Translations under genes and position numbers: made by a program
Notes under the pieces: model-generated
What the model saw: only the letters and a program-made list of their open reading frames with translations
What the model was told of the DNA's origin: nothing
Database searches by the model: none
Assembly: GCF_021608135.1 (NCBI RefSeq)
Contig: NZ_JAKIHL010000001.1
Location: forward strand, 321,744 to 353,743
Reading direction: 5' to 3'
Source: Microaerobacter geothermalis
GTDB lineage: Bacteria; Bacillota; Bacilli; DSM-22679
Length of the DNA stretch: 32,000 nt
Part shown: positions 23,944-32,000 of the stretch, piece by piece
Numbering within the stretch: the first letter of the stretch is position 1
Layout of the letters: every line of letters starts with the position of its first letter

Positions 23944-25206
23944 GTGAAAAAAATCATTGCAAATTGTGCTAACCAGGAAATCAAGGTGGCTCTGATAGAG
24001 GACCAACGGCTGGTTGAGTTGTTTTTGGAAAGGCCTAATGACCGCCGTCTGGTTGGAAACATCTATAAAGGCAAAGTGGCCAATGTTCTTCCTGGAATGC
24101 AAGCCGCTTTTATTGACCTAGGAATTGGGAAAAACGCCTTTCTATATATAGATGATTTACTGCCGCCCCGATTATTGGATCCTGAATCCCGGGAAAAAAA
24201 GGTGAAGGGAAACATTCAGGAATATCTTCGTATGGGTGAAGAACTCCTTGTTCAAGTTTGCAAGGAACCTTTAGGCAATAAGGGTCCGCGGGTAACTACC
24301 CATCTTACCCTTCCCGGAAGATTTCTTGTCTATCTTCCGACAGGGAATTATGTGGCTATTTCCAGAAGAATTGAAAATGAGGAAGAGCGTGAACGGCTGA
24401 AGTCCATCACTGAGCAATACAGAAACAAAGAAGATGGGTTTATTGTTCGAACAGCGGCGGAGGGGGCTTCAGAAAAGGAATTGGCCCAGGACGTTCTTTT
24501 TTTGCGAAGAGTTTGGCAAAACACCTTGGAAGCAAGCAAGCAAGTGGAATCACCTGGATTAATTTATCGCGATTTGGATTTGTTGTCCCGGGTGATTCGG
24601 GATTTAATGGATGATGATGTGGAAGAATTGGTGGTGAATTCTAAGGAGGCATACCATAAACTGGCTTCTTTATTAATAGATGATCCCAACCTTCAAACAA
24701 GGATTCGTTTACATGAGGCAAATGGTGATATCTTTGCTTATTACGGAGTATTGCAGGAGATGGAAAAAGCTTTAAAAAGAAAAGTTTGGTTAAAAAGCGG
24801 CGGATATGTGGTCTTTGATCAAACAGAAGCTCTGATTGCCGTTGATGTTAATACTGGAAAATTTACTGGAAAACATAGTTTGGAAGAGACCGTTTTTCGA
24901 ACAAATATGGAGGCCGCAAGGGAAATCCCCAGACAGCTCCGCTTAAGGGGAATTGGCGGAATCATTATTATTGATTTTATCGACATGGATAAGCCGGAAT
25001 ATAAGGCCGCCGTATTGGATGCCCTTCAAGAAGAGGTTCACAAGGACCGGACCAAATCGCAAATATTAGGCATTACTCAGCTTGGTCTTGTTGAAATGAC
25101 CCGCAAAAAGGTTCGGCAAAGCCTTGAGGATATGCTGATGTCCCCCTGTCCGACATGTGAAGGAAGGGGGAAGATTTCCATTGGAGAAGACCCCAATTCA
25201 CATTGA
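23944..25206 (+). CDS. rng: Rne/Rng-family endoribonuclease (RNase G-like)
   Basis: 420 aa with an N-terminal S1 domain (GNIYKGKVANVLPGMQAAFIDLG..KNAFL), a 5'-sensor/DNase I-like region with AVDVNTGKF and IIIIDFIDM motifs, and a Zn-link-like CPTCEGRG. GTG start after RBS GAGGAAGGG. Confidence 0.88.
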   Translation: MKKIIANCANQEIKVALIEDQRLVELFLERPNDRRLVGNIYKGKVANVLPGMQAAFIDLGIGKNAFLYIDDLLPPRLLDPESREKKVKGNIQEYLRMGEELLVQVCKEPLGNKGPRVTTHLTLPGRFLVYLPTGNYVAISRRIENEEERERLKSITEQYRNKEDGFIVRTAAEGASEKELAQDVLFLRRVWQNTLEASKQVESPGLIYRDLDLLSRVIRDLMDDDVEELVVNSKEAYHKLASLLIDDPNLQTRIRLHEANGDIFAYYGVLQEMEKALKRKVWLKSGGYVVFDQTEALIAVDVNTGKFTGKHSLEETVFRTNMEAAREIPRQLRLRGIGGIIIIDFIDMDKPEYKAAVLDALQEEVHKDRTKSQILGITQLGLVEMTRKKVRQSLEDMLMSPCPTCEGRGKISIGEDPNSH

Positions 25207-25232
25207 CACTTTCTTTAAATTTATGGTATCCT
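25203..25232 (+). promoter_or_regulatory. Candidate sigma-A promoter of the rplU-prp-rpmA operon
   Basis: Consensus -35 TTGACA 25203-25208 (overlapping the rng stop codon), 18-nt spacer, TGgTATCCT (TG 25224-25225, -10 TATCCT 25227-25232). Confidence 0.45.
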
Positions 25233-25338
25233 ATTGTTTGTTGTAAGCATCTGCCTCGCAGTGTGCTGTAACCGCTCAAGAAAGGTTATAAGCAGGATAT
25301 TTTTTCCTCACCCTCATTGGCGAGTCTGAGTATAGGAG
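25233..25338 (+). ncRNA. Structured 5' leader of rplU; candidate ribosomal-protein L21 leader
   Basis: About 105-nt untranslated leader with hairpins GCATCTGC-CTC-GCAGTGTGC and TGTAACC(10 nt)GGTTATA. A CCTC...CTCA segment can pair with the TGAG...GGAGG SD region. An L21 leader RNA is described upstream of rplU in Firmicutes. I cannot align to the covariance model here. Confidence 0.4.
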
Positions 25339-25347
25339 GTGTATAGA

Positions 25348-25659
25348 ATGTACGCGATTATCGAAACAGGTGGAAAACAGTATAAAGTGAAAGAAGGAGA
25401 TGTTCTCTTTATTGAAAAGCTGGATGTAAAAGAAGGGGACAGTGTTCAATTTGACCGTGTGTTGGCTGTTTCCAAAGACAGTGGATTGGTGGTAGGAACT
25501 CCTCTTGTTTCAGGGGCTACCGTGTCCGCTAAGGTTGAAAAGCAGGGTAAGGCAAAGAAGATTATCGTTTTCAAGTATAAAGCGAAGAAAAATTATCATC
25601 GCAAACAAGGCCACCGTCAGCCGTATACAAAAGTAGTAATTGAAAAGATTAATGCCTAA
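25348..25659 (+). CDS. rplU: 50S ribosomal protein L21
   Basis: [18 protein letters not shown]... is the canonical L21 N-terminus. ATG 25348 lies 8 nt after GGAGG (25335-25339). The track start 25339 adds 3 residues. Confidence 0.95.
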   Translation: MYAIIETGGKQYKVKEGDVLFIEKLDVKEGDSVQFDRVLAVSKDSGLVVGTPLVSGATVSAKVEKQGKAKKIIVFKYKAKKNYHRKQGHRQPYTKVVIEKINA

Positions 25660-25994
25660 TGATTACCGTAAAAGTTGACCGTTTGCCGTCCCTGGAAATT
25701 GAATCGGTGACCGTTTCGGGACATGCCCAATTTGCAGATCCCGGGAAGGATATTGTATGTTCTGCTGTTTCCGGCATCACATTAGGGATGATAAACGCGG
25801 TAGAAATGTTGTTGGGTATTTCATTGGACGTAAAAGCAGAAAATACAGGATATCTTTACTTTTGTCCTCCGAGGATTGATGATGAGAAAACTTGGGAGAA
25901 AATGCAGTGGATTCTTGAAGCCATGGTTGCTGCTCTTGTTTCTGTATCCCGGGATTACGGTTCATATGTGAAGGTGAAAGACCCCAAGTATTAA
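25659..25994 (+). CDS. prp: Ribosomal-processing cysteine protease Prp (YsxB family)
   Basis: 111 aa. [21 protein letters not shown] contains the conserved His and Cys of the Prp family. Conserved position between rplU and rpmA. Confidence 0.88.
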   Translation: MITVKVDRLPSLEIESVTVSGHAQFADPGKDIVCSAVSGITLGMINAVEMLLGISLDVKAENTGYLYFCPPRIDDEKTWEKMQWILEAMVAALVSVSRDYGSYVKVKDPKY

Positions 25995-26008
25995 AGGAGG
26001 TGGATCTC

Positions 26009-26299
26009 ATGCTTAAAATGAATCTTCAATTTTTTGCCACTAAAAAAGGAGTAGGTTCCACAAAAAACGGTCGTGACAGCATCGCTAAACGTCTGGGTGT
26101 TAAAAGAGGCGACGGACAGCTGGTAAAAGCAGGGAACATCCTTGTTCGTCAGCGCGGTACAAAAATTTATCCAGGTACCAATGTGGGACGCGGCTCTGAT
26201 GATACCTTATTTGCTACCGCAGAAGGTATTGTTCGCTTTGAGCGTTTGGGGCGTGACCGTAAGAAAGTAAGTGTTTATCCGACAGCAAGTGAAGCTTAA
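26009..26299 (+). CDS. rpmA: 50S ribosomal protein L27 with Firmicute-type N-terminal propeptide
   Basis: [10 protein letters not shown]|[14 protein letters not shown]... has the propeptide ending in the FFA motif followed by the conserved L27 N-terminus. ATG 26009 follows RBS AAAGGAGGTG. The track start GTG 26000 lies inside the RBS. Confidence 0.95.
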   Translation: MLKMNLQFFATKKGVGSTKNGRDSIAKRLGVKRGDGQLVKAGNILVRQRGTKIYPGTNVGRGSDDTLFATAEGIVRFERLGRDRKKVSVYPTASEA

Positions 26300-26320
26300 T
26301 CAAATCATGTGTAAAAAGTG

Positions 26321-26358
26321 AAAAAAACCTTCAGTTCCTCATGGACTGGAGGTTTTTT
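26321..26358 (+). terminator. Intrinsic terminator after rpmA (A-tract/T-tract flanked, possibly bidirectional)
   Basis: AAAAAAA-CCTTCAGT-(loop TCCTCATGG)-ACTGGAGG-TTTTTT, an 8-bp stem with one G-U pair. Confidence 0.7.
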
Positions 26359-26422
26359 GTACGTTATACTAGAAATGTTGAGTGAAATTAGCAAGTCTTG
26401 GTAAGATGGGAGCCGATGTGTA

Positions 26423-27172
26423 GTGAAATGGAAGTGGGCCTTACTAGTTTCCCTGATTTTATCTATGGTTGGATCTGGTCTTTTCATAACTCAGGGAAGG
26501 ATACTGGATAAGTTCATGCTTATTGCTTTAATTACTGCTGCTCTTGTTATTGGTTATTTGATCGGTATATGGAGAAACCGGTACCATCACGCCGAAAGAC
26601 ACAGTAATTTTGAGAAGGAATGGCTGACCAGCATCAGTCATCAGCGACATGATTGGCTAAATCACTTTCAAGTGATCTATGGATATTTAAAAATGGGTAA
26701 GCTGGACAGGATGGAAGAATATATCCAGCGAGTGACGGAAAGGGCTCATCAAGATAGTCGGATTTCACGTTTAGGATATTCACCGCTGGTTGTTTATCTG
26801 CTAACATTCAATTCATTGGTTCGGGAAATGGAATTGGAAGTGGAAGTGGATGAGGAGTTGGACTTATCTAAGATTCCTGTAAATGTGGAGTCTTTATATC
26901 AAATTGTATATAAATTGGTGGAAACATACCGGGCAAATGTAATCGTTGGAGAAGGAGAGCGGAACAATCTGCTTCTTTCCCTTCAGCTGTTGAATCATGC
27001 AGTTTATTTGTCCTTTGACTTCCAAGGCCATCTCAATGAAAAGGCTTGCCGTTTGCAGCTTCAACAATTAGCCAAACAAATTAAGAATGAGGGCGGAATC
27101 TTTGTGGAAGGATTACATAATAGGGAAGAGTCTTTGATGGAGGTAAAGATTCCATTAGCCCAGGCATCTTAA
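26423..27172 (+). CDS. spo0B: Sporulation initiation phosphotransferase Spo0B homologue with a hydrophobic N-terminal extension
   Basis: SISHQRHDWLNHFQVIYGYLKMGKLDR matches the Spo0B phospho-His helix (B. subtilis ..GHSRHDWMNKLQLIKGNL..). Conserved position between rpmA and obg. GTG 26423 lies 10 nt after GGGAG. The first ~50 aa form two hydrophobic segments. Confidence 0.75.
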   Translation: MKWKWALLVSLILSMVGSGLFITQGRILDKFMLIALITAALVIGYLIGIWRNRYHHAERHSNFEKEWLTSISHQRHDWLNHFQVIYGYLKMGKLDRMEEYIQRVTERAHQDSRISRLGYSPLVVYLLTFNSLVREMELEVEVDEELDLSKIPVNVESLYQIVYKLVETYRANVIVGEGERNNLLLSLQLLNHAVYLSFDFQGHLNEKACRLQLQQLAKQIKNEGGIFVEGLHNREESLMEVKIPLAQAS

Positions 27173-27213
27173 CTTTTATTAGTGGAACTAGAGTACCAGA
27201 CTTCCATTCTTGA

Positions 27214-28512
<1,299 letters not shown>

Positions 28513-28534
28513 CAGAAATTAACAAATATAGATT

Positions 28535-28567
28535 AATTGGGCAACATTTCCGGGATGTTGCCCAATT
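28535..28567. terminator. Perfect 13-bp hairpin after obg (probable terminator, weak T-tract)
   Basis: AATTGGGCAACAT (28535-28547), 7-nt loop, ATGTTGCCCAATT (28555-28567), followed by TGTATTATT. Confidence 0.55.
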
Positions 28568-28607
28568 TGTATTATTCATTGAATTTGGTCATTTTAGCCA
28601 CTTTTTG

Positions 28608-28616
28608 TGCTATACT
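28608..28616 (+). promoter_or_regulatory. Extended -10 promoter (TGcTATACT) for the small peptide gene
   Basis: TG 28608-28609, TATACT 28611-28616. No convincing -35. Predicted transcription start near 28623. Confidence 0.4.
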
Positions 28617-28688
28617 TAGGGTTGTACAATAGAATTGGCTCCTCAAGGGTGGTTGGCTCATCCCCGAAGATAGAAAGGGGGTGAGAAC

Positions 28689-28769
28689 ATGACAGTATTT
28701 GAAACAATAACTGTAATGATAGCTTTCGGAATGCTTGTGGCAATACTGTCTCAAAAAAATAGGAAATAG
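28689..28769 (+). CDS. 26-aa hydrophobic peptide, candidate type I toxin (TxpA/BsrG/Hol-Tox-like)
   Basis: ATG 28689 preceded by SD GGGGGTGAG (28677-28685), TAG at 28767-28769. Product MTVFETITVMIAFGMLVAILSQKNRK is one TM helix plus a basic tail. The N-terminal MTVFE..(I/L)..MI.FG pattern resembles B. subtilis type I toxins as I recall them. Below the ORF-track size cut-off. Confidence 0.55.
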   Translation: MTVFETITVMIAFGMLVAILSQKNRK

Positions 28770-28892
28770 ACCGCCCTTGAGTTGACATCTCTGCGGTCTA
28801 TTTCTACCAAATTATGAGCCAACGCCCTTATGGGCATCTATTTATACCGACCGTGGGTGTTTCAGCACCTGCGGTCTTTTTAATATCTTACA
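28753..28892 (-). ncRNA. Predicted ~140-nt cis-antisense RNA (candidate antitoxin) overlapping the 3' end and 3' UTR of the peptide mRNA
   Basis: It starts about 7 nt downstream of the minus-strand -10. It ends at a minus-strand intrinsic terminator: hairpin 28800-28767 (TAGACCGC...GCGGTCTA) followed by TTTCCTATTTTTTT (28766-28753). The convergent 3'-overlap layout matches txpA/RatA and bsrG/SR4. Confidence 0.45.
28849..28881 (+). terminator. Intrinsic terminator of the peptide mRNA
   Basis: GACCGTGGGTG (28849-28859), loop TTTCAG, CACCTGCGGTC (28866-28876) with 9 of 11 pairs, then TTTTT (28877-28881). Confidence 0.65.
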
Positions 28893-28897
28893 CATTT

Positions 28898-28925
28898 ATT
28901 ATATCAAGTATTCGACGTTTTTCAA
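28898..28925 (-). promoter_or_regulatory. Strong minus-strand sigma-A promoter (TTGAAA-16 nt-TGaTATAAT) pointing at the peptide gene
   Basis: On the minus strand: -35 TTGAAA (plus coordinates 28925-28920), 16-nt spacer containing TG at -15/-14, -10 TATAAT (28903-28898). No protein-coding ORF lies downstream on that strand. Confidence 0.55.
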
Positions 28926-28955
28926 TCTTATTTCTTTGCGTTTTAAAAAAAAGGA

Positions 28956-28984
28956 TTGCCTGATGAACGGATATGGTTTATAAT
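28956..28984 (+). promoter_or_regulatory. Candidate sigma-A promoter of the pheB-hom-thrC-thrB operon
   Basis: TTGCCT (28956-28961), exactly 17-nt spacer, TATAAT (28979-28984), with an upstream A/T tract TTTTAAAAAAAA (UP-like). Confidence 0.55.
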
Positions 28985-29026
28985 GTCCCGTATATATAAA
29001 CAGGTGTATATGTATGGAGGACTGAG

Positions 29027-29473
29027 ATGAAAAAAAAAGAAGATGTTTTTTATCTGATTCGGTCTAATATTCTTCCGGAATCTATTCTAAAAACGGTGGA
29101 AGCGAAAAAGCTGTTGGAATCAGGAAAAGCAGATACGGTTTTTGAAGCAGTGGAGAAAGTGGGATTAAGCCGAAGTGCCTATTACAAGTATAAAGATGGG
29201 ATCTTCCCTTTCAATGCGATGATGAGAGAGAAGATTATAACCATCTCCATGAATTTGGAGCACCGTTCTGGGGTGTTATCCAAAGTGTTAGGCTATATTG
29301 CCCAATCCGGCGGAAATATTTTAACCATTCATCAGACGATTCCGTTACAGGGATCGGCCAATGTCGCCATGTCCATTGATACTGCATCAATGGACTTATC
29401 CACCACTGACTTTTTGGAAGGATTGGAAACGATTGACGGCGTGTCCAAAGCCATTATCGTGGGCAGAGGATAA
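29027..29473 (+). CDS. pheB: ACT-domain protein of the PheB / UPF0735 family
   Basis: 148 aa. The N-terminal helix-turn-helix-like part (EAVEKVGLSRSAYYKYKDGIFPF) plus a C-terminal ACT domain (ITISMNLEHRSGVLSKVLGYIAQSGGNILTIHQ) match B. subtilis PheB, which also follows obg. Confidence 0.8.
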   Translation: MKKKEDVFYLIRSNILPESILKTVEAKKLLESGKADTVFEAVEKVGLSRSAYYKYKDGIFPFNAMMREKIITISMNLEHRSGVLSKVLGYIAQSGGNILTIHQTIPLQGSANVAMSIDTASMDLSTTDFLEGLETIDGVSKAIIVGRG

Positions 29474-29500
29474 AGAAAATCATGCAGAGGGGAGAAGCAC

Positions 29501-30808
29501 ATGGATAATCAGGTTGTTAAAATTGGTTTAATGGGCTTGGGGACCGTGGGTGGTGGTGTTGTCCGTATTTTAGAGGCCCATCAGGAGGATTTATATAAAC
29601 AAACCGGATGCCGCATTGAAATCGTAAAGGTTTTGGTTCAAAACCTTGAAAAACAGCGTTCAGTTACGGTTGACCGTTCCATAATCACGAACAATCCATG
29701 GGAGGTTCTTGATGATCCGGAGATTGATGTGATCGTTGAAGTGATGGGAGGCATTGAGCCTACAAGGGAATATATTTTGGAAGCCCTTGAAAGAGGAAAG
29801 CATGTGGTTACTGCCAATAAAGACTTAATGGCTCTGCAAGGAGGTGAAATCCTCTCCAAGGCGGAACAAATGGGGTGCGATGTTTTCTATGAAGCCAGTG
29901 TTGCCGGCGGCATTCCCATATTAAGAGCGTTAGTTGAAGGTTTTTCTTCCGATCGAATTACAAAAATGATGGGTATCGTGAATGGGACCACCAACTACAT
30001 CTTGACTAAAATGAGCCAGGAGGGTGCCTCCTATGAAGATGTACTGAAGGAAGCTCAGGAATTGGGATATGCTGAATCTGATCCGACTGCCGATGTGGAA
30101 GGACATGATGCCGCAAGGAAAATGGCCATATTAAGCACTTTGGGGTTCCATGTGGCATTAAATTTGGATGAAGTAGACGTGAAAGGGATATCCAAGGTTA
30201 CCAAAGAAGATATTCTCCTCGGAAAAAAACTTGGCTATGAAGTGAAACTGTTGGGTATCGCCCAGCGGGATGACGATAAGATTGAAGTAAGTGTGCAGCC
30301 GACGATGATTCCCAAATCCCATCCATTAGCTTCAGTAAATGGGGTGTTCAATGCGGTTTATGTATACGGGGAAGCCGTAGGTGAGACGATGTTCTACGGT
30401 CCCGGTGCCGGTCAATTACCCACAGCAACCGCAGTGGTATCAGATCTAGTAACGGTGGTGAAAAATATGAAATTAGGAGTAAATGGGAGGGGAACTGTGG
30501 CTCCATACAAAGAGAAAAAACTAAAATCCGATGACCAAGTGGTCTCTAAATATTTTCTTAGGTTTATTGTCGCCGACAAGCGCGGGGTTTTGGCCCAGAT
30601 TACCAGCATCCTGGCGGAGAATGATATTAGCCTGGAGCAGGTGCTTCAACAGCCCTATCAAATCAACGGTGAATCAAAGGCGGAAATTATTCTGGTTACC
30701 CATTTTGCGTCCAAAGCAAATATGAACAAAGTGATTGAAGTTTTTTCACATTTGGATGTGGTAAAAGAGATCAAAAGTTGTTACAGAGTAGAAGGTGGGG
30801 AGGCATAA
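29501..30808 (+). CDS. hom: Homoserine dehydrogenase (with C-terminal ACT domain)
   Basis: N-terminal Rossmann motif [12 protein letters not shown], catalytic-domain motifs [33 protein letters not shown], and a C-terminal ACT domain ([25 protein letters not shown]). Confidence 0.93.
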   Translation: MDNQVVKIGLMGLGTVGGGVVRILEAHQEDLYKQTGCRIEIVKVLVQNLEKQRSVTVDRSIITNNPWEVLDDPEIDVIVEVMGGIEPTREYILEALERGKHVVTANKDLMALQGGEILSKAEQMGCDVFYEASVAGGIPILRALVEGFSSDRITKMMGIVNGTTNYILTKMSQEGASYEDVLKEAQELGYAESDPTADVEGHDAARKMAILSTLGFHVALNLDEVDVKGISKVTKEDILLGKKLGYEVKLLGIAQRDDDKIEVSVQPTMIPKSHPLASVNGVFNAVYVYGEAVGETMFYGPGAGQLPTATAVVSDLVTVVKNMKLGVNGRGTVAPYKEKKLKSDDQVVSKYFLRFIVADKRGVLAQITSILAENDISLEQVLQQPYQINGESKAEIILVTHFASKANMNKVIEVFSHLDVVKEIKSCYRVEGGEA

Positions 30809-30810
30809 TC

Positions 30811-31884
30811 ATGGCAGGAATCATACAAAGATATCGCTCTTTTCTTCCCGTATCAGATAAAACCCCACCTATTACTTTGCATGAGGGAAATACTCCCCTC
30901 ATCTATGCGGAAAAACTGTCGAACATGCTGGACATTGAATTGTACGTGAAATACGAAGGCCTCAATCCTACGGGTTCCTTTAAGGACAGAGGGATGGTGA
31001 TGGCTGTTGCCAAGGCGATGGAGGAAGGAAGCCATACCATCATGTGCGCATCCACCGGGAATACTTCAGCTGCTGCTGCCGCCTATGCGGCCCGGGCCAA
31101 CCTACGCTGCATTGTGATTATCCCGAATAATAATATTGCCATGGGAAAACTGGCCCAAGCCATGATTTACGGAGCTGAGGTGATTGCCATCGAAGGTAAT
31201 TTTGATGAGGCTCTTCAAATCGTAAGAGAAATTACCAGGGATGAGCCCATTACACTGGTCAATTCCGTCAATCCCTATCGATTGGAAGGGCAAAAAACAG
31301 CAGCCTTTGAAATATGTGATGTGTTGGAAAAGGCTCCTGACATTCTTGCCATTCCAGTTGGAAATGCAGGTAATATTACCGCTTACTGGAAGGGGTTTAA
31401 GGAATATCACCAGGCTGGCAAGGTAACCAATCTGCCACAGATGTTTGGATTTGAGGCAGAGGGAGCCGCCGCCCTGGTGAAGGGAGAAGTGATTCCTTAT
31501 CCGGAAACCATTGCCACTGCCATTCGCATTGGAAATCCCGCCAGTTGGGACGGAGCGATGAATGCCGTAAAGGAATCAAAGGGGAATATTGATATGGTGA
31601 GTGATGAGGAGATCTTGGAAGCTTATCGCTTATTGGCATCCACTGAGGGGATTTTTGCTGAACCAGCCTCTTGCGCATCCATCGCCGGAATTATAAAGTT
31701 GAGAAAAAGCAACCGAATTCCTTCAGGAACACAAATTGCAGCGGTGCTAACCGGAAATGGGTTAAAGGACCCCAAAATTGCCTTGGAAGCCGTAACCGTT
31801 CAACCAGTGGTTGTGGAAAATTCAAGAAAAGCTGTCATGGAGATCATACAAAAAGAAGGTGCAACTCATGGAAGGCAAGGTTAG
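30811..31884 (+). CDS. thrC: Threonine synthase
   Basis: [24 protein letters not shown] and the PLP-lysine motif [14 protein letters not shown] 30811 follows RBS GGGGAGG and the hom stop (30806-30808). The track start 30778 lies inside hom. Confidence 0.93.
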   Translation: MAGIIQRYRSFLPVSDKTPPITLHEGNTPLIYAEKLSNMLDIELYVKYEGLNPTGSFKDRGMVMAVAKAMEEGSHTIMCASTGNTSAAAAAYAARANLRCIVIIPNNNIAMGKLAQAMIYGAEVIAIEGNFDEALQIVREITRDEPITLVNSVNPYRLEGQKTAAFEICDVLEKAPDILAIPVGNAGNITAYWKGFKEYHQAGKVTNLPQMFGFEAEGAAALVKGEVIPYPETIATAIRIGNPASWDGAMNAVKESKGNIDMVSDEEILEAYRLLASTEGIFAEPASCASIAGIIKLRKSNRIPSGTQIAAVLTGNGLKDPKIALEAVTVQPVVVENSRKAVMEIIQKEGATHGRQG

Positions 31885-32000
31885 GGTTAAAGTTCCTGGA
31901 AGCACCGCCAATCTGGGCCCTGCTTTTGATACGGTGGGCATGGCTTTTCAGTTGTATACAACCATTGATATGCAATTTTCGCAAAAGACTAGAATTAAAT
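31868..32000 (+). CDS. thrB: Homoserine kinase, N-terminal fragment (3' end outside the window)
   Basis: ATG 31868 overlaps the thrC end. [30 protein letters not shown] contains the GHMP-kinase N-terminal motif (P.(S/T).ANLGP.FD) of ThrB. Conserved hom-thrC-thrB order. Confidence 0.85.
   Translation, partial: MEGKVRVKVPGSTANLGPAFDTVGMAFQLYTTIDMQFSQKTRIK

Noticed and set aside
23799-24102. Minus-strand ORFs 23799-24062 and 23908-24102
   Set aside because: They run through repeat copy C and antisense to the S1 domain of the RNase G/E gene. No coding support.
26305-26487. 60-aa minus-strand ORF and a 33-codon alternative-frame ORF (ATG 26416) at the spo0B start
   Set aside because: The minus ORF spans the rpmA terminator and the spo0B start without signals. 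The ATG 26416 ORF has only 3-nt SD spacing and no recognisable product. The Spo0B frame is supported by the phospho-His motif.
28572-28788. Minus-strand ORFs 28572-28754 and 28594-28788 in the obg-pheB spacer
   Set aside because: Neither has an RBS or a recognisable product. The same region is better explained by the plus-strand 26-codon ORF with a strong SD and by the non-coding antisense RNA.
28783-28811. TTGACA (28783-28788) as the -35 of a plus-strand promoter for a separate downstream sRNA
   Set aside because: The sequence 17 nt downstream is TACCAA, a poor -10 lacking the invariant final T. The 3' UTR plus convergent antisense model needs no extra promoter. Kept only as an alternative to test by TSS mapping.
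29638-31678. Antisense and out-of-frame ORFs within hom and thrC (e.g. 29638-29859, 30412-30609, 30531-30725, 30853-31035, 31102-31410, 31241-31426, 31397-31678)
   Set aside because: They are embedded in highly conserved biosynthetic genes and have no independent signals.

Overview
AT-rich (judged by eye, not computed) chromosomal segment from an endospore-forming Firmicute with Bacillales-like gene order. No rRNA, tRNA, CRISPR array, transposase, integrase or recognisable defence gene was seen. Left third (278-11274): a complete monoderm type IV pilus cluster. It has two minor pilins on the minus strand, then on the plus strand a 609-aa PilX-N-like protein with a beta-helical repeat domain, followed by pilB, pilT, pilC, the major pilin, pilD, pilM, pilN and pilO. 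Remainder, all on the plus strand: SPOR/SpoIIB-like gene, maf, radC, mreBCD, class B PBP, minCD, rodA, spoIVFA/FB, RNase G/E, rplU-prp-rpmA, spo0B, obg, pheB-like ACT gene, hom, thrC, thrB (truncated). A murC 3' end lies at the left edge. Several ORF-track starts look too far upstream; RBS-supported starts are given instead. Main hunt results: (1) An unannotated 26-codon hydrophobic peptide ORF sits between obg and pheB. It has a sequestered SD, long-range 5'/3' UTR complementarity and a convergent antisense promoter plus terminator, the layout of TxpA/BsrG-type type I toxin-antitoxin loci. (2) A family of about 190-250 bp imperfect-palindrome (MITE-like) intergenic repeats occurs as three full copies and one collapsed copy, some inside conserved operons. 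(3) An unrelated ~180-nt long hairpin lies in an unusually long PBP-minC spacer. (4) The PilX-like beta-solenoid protein is a candidate pilus-tip factor. (5) PilB carries an intact tandem MshEN c-di-GMP-binding motif. (6) The Spo0B homologue has an apparent membrane anchor. All functional calls come from motif recognition and synteny recalled from memory; no database search was possible.
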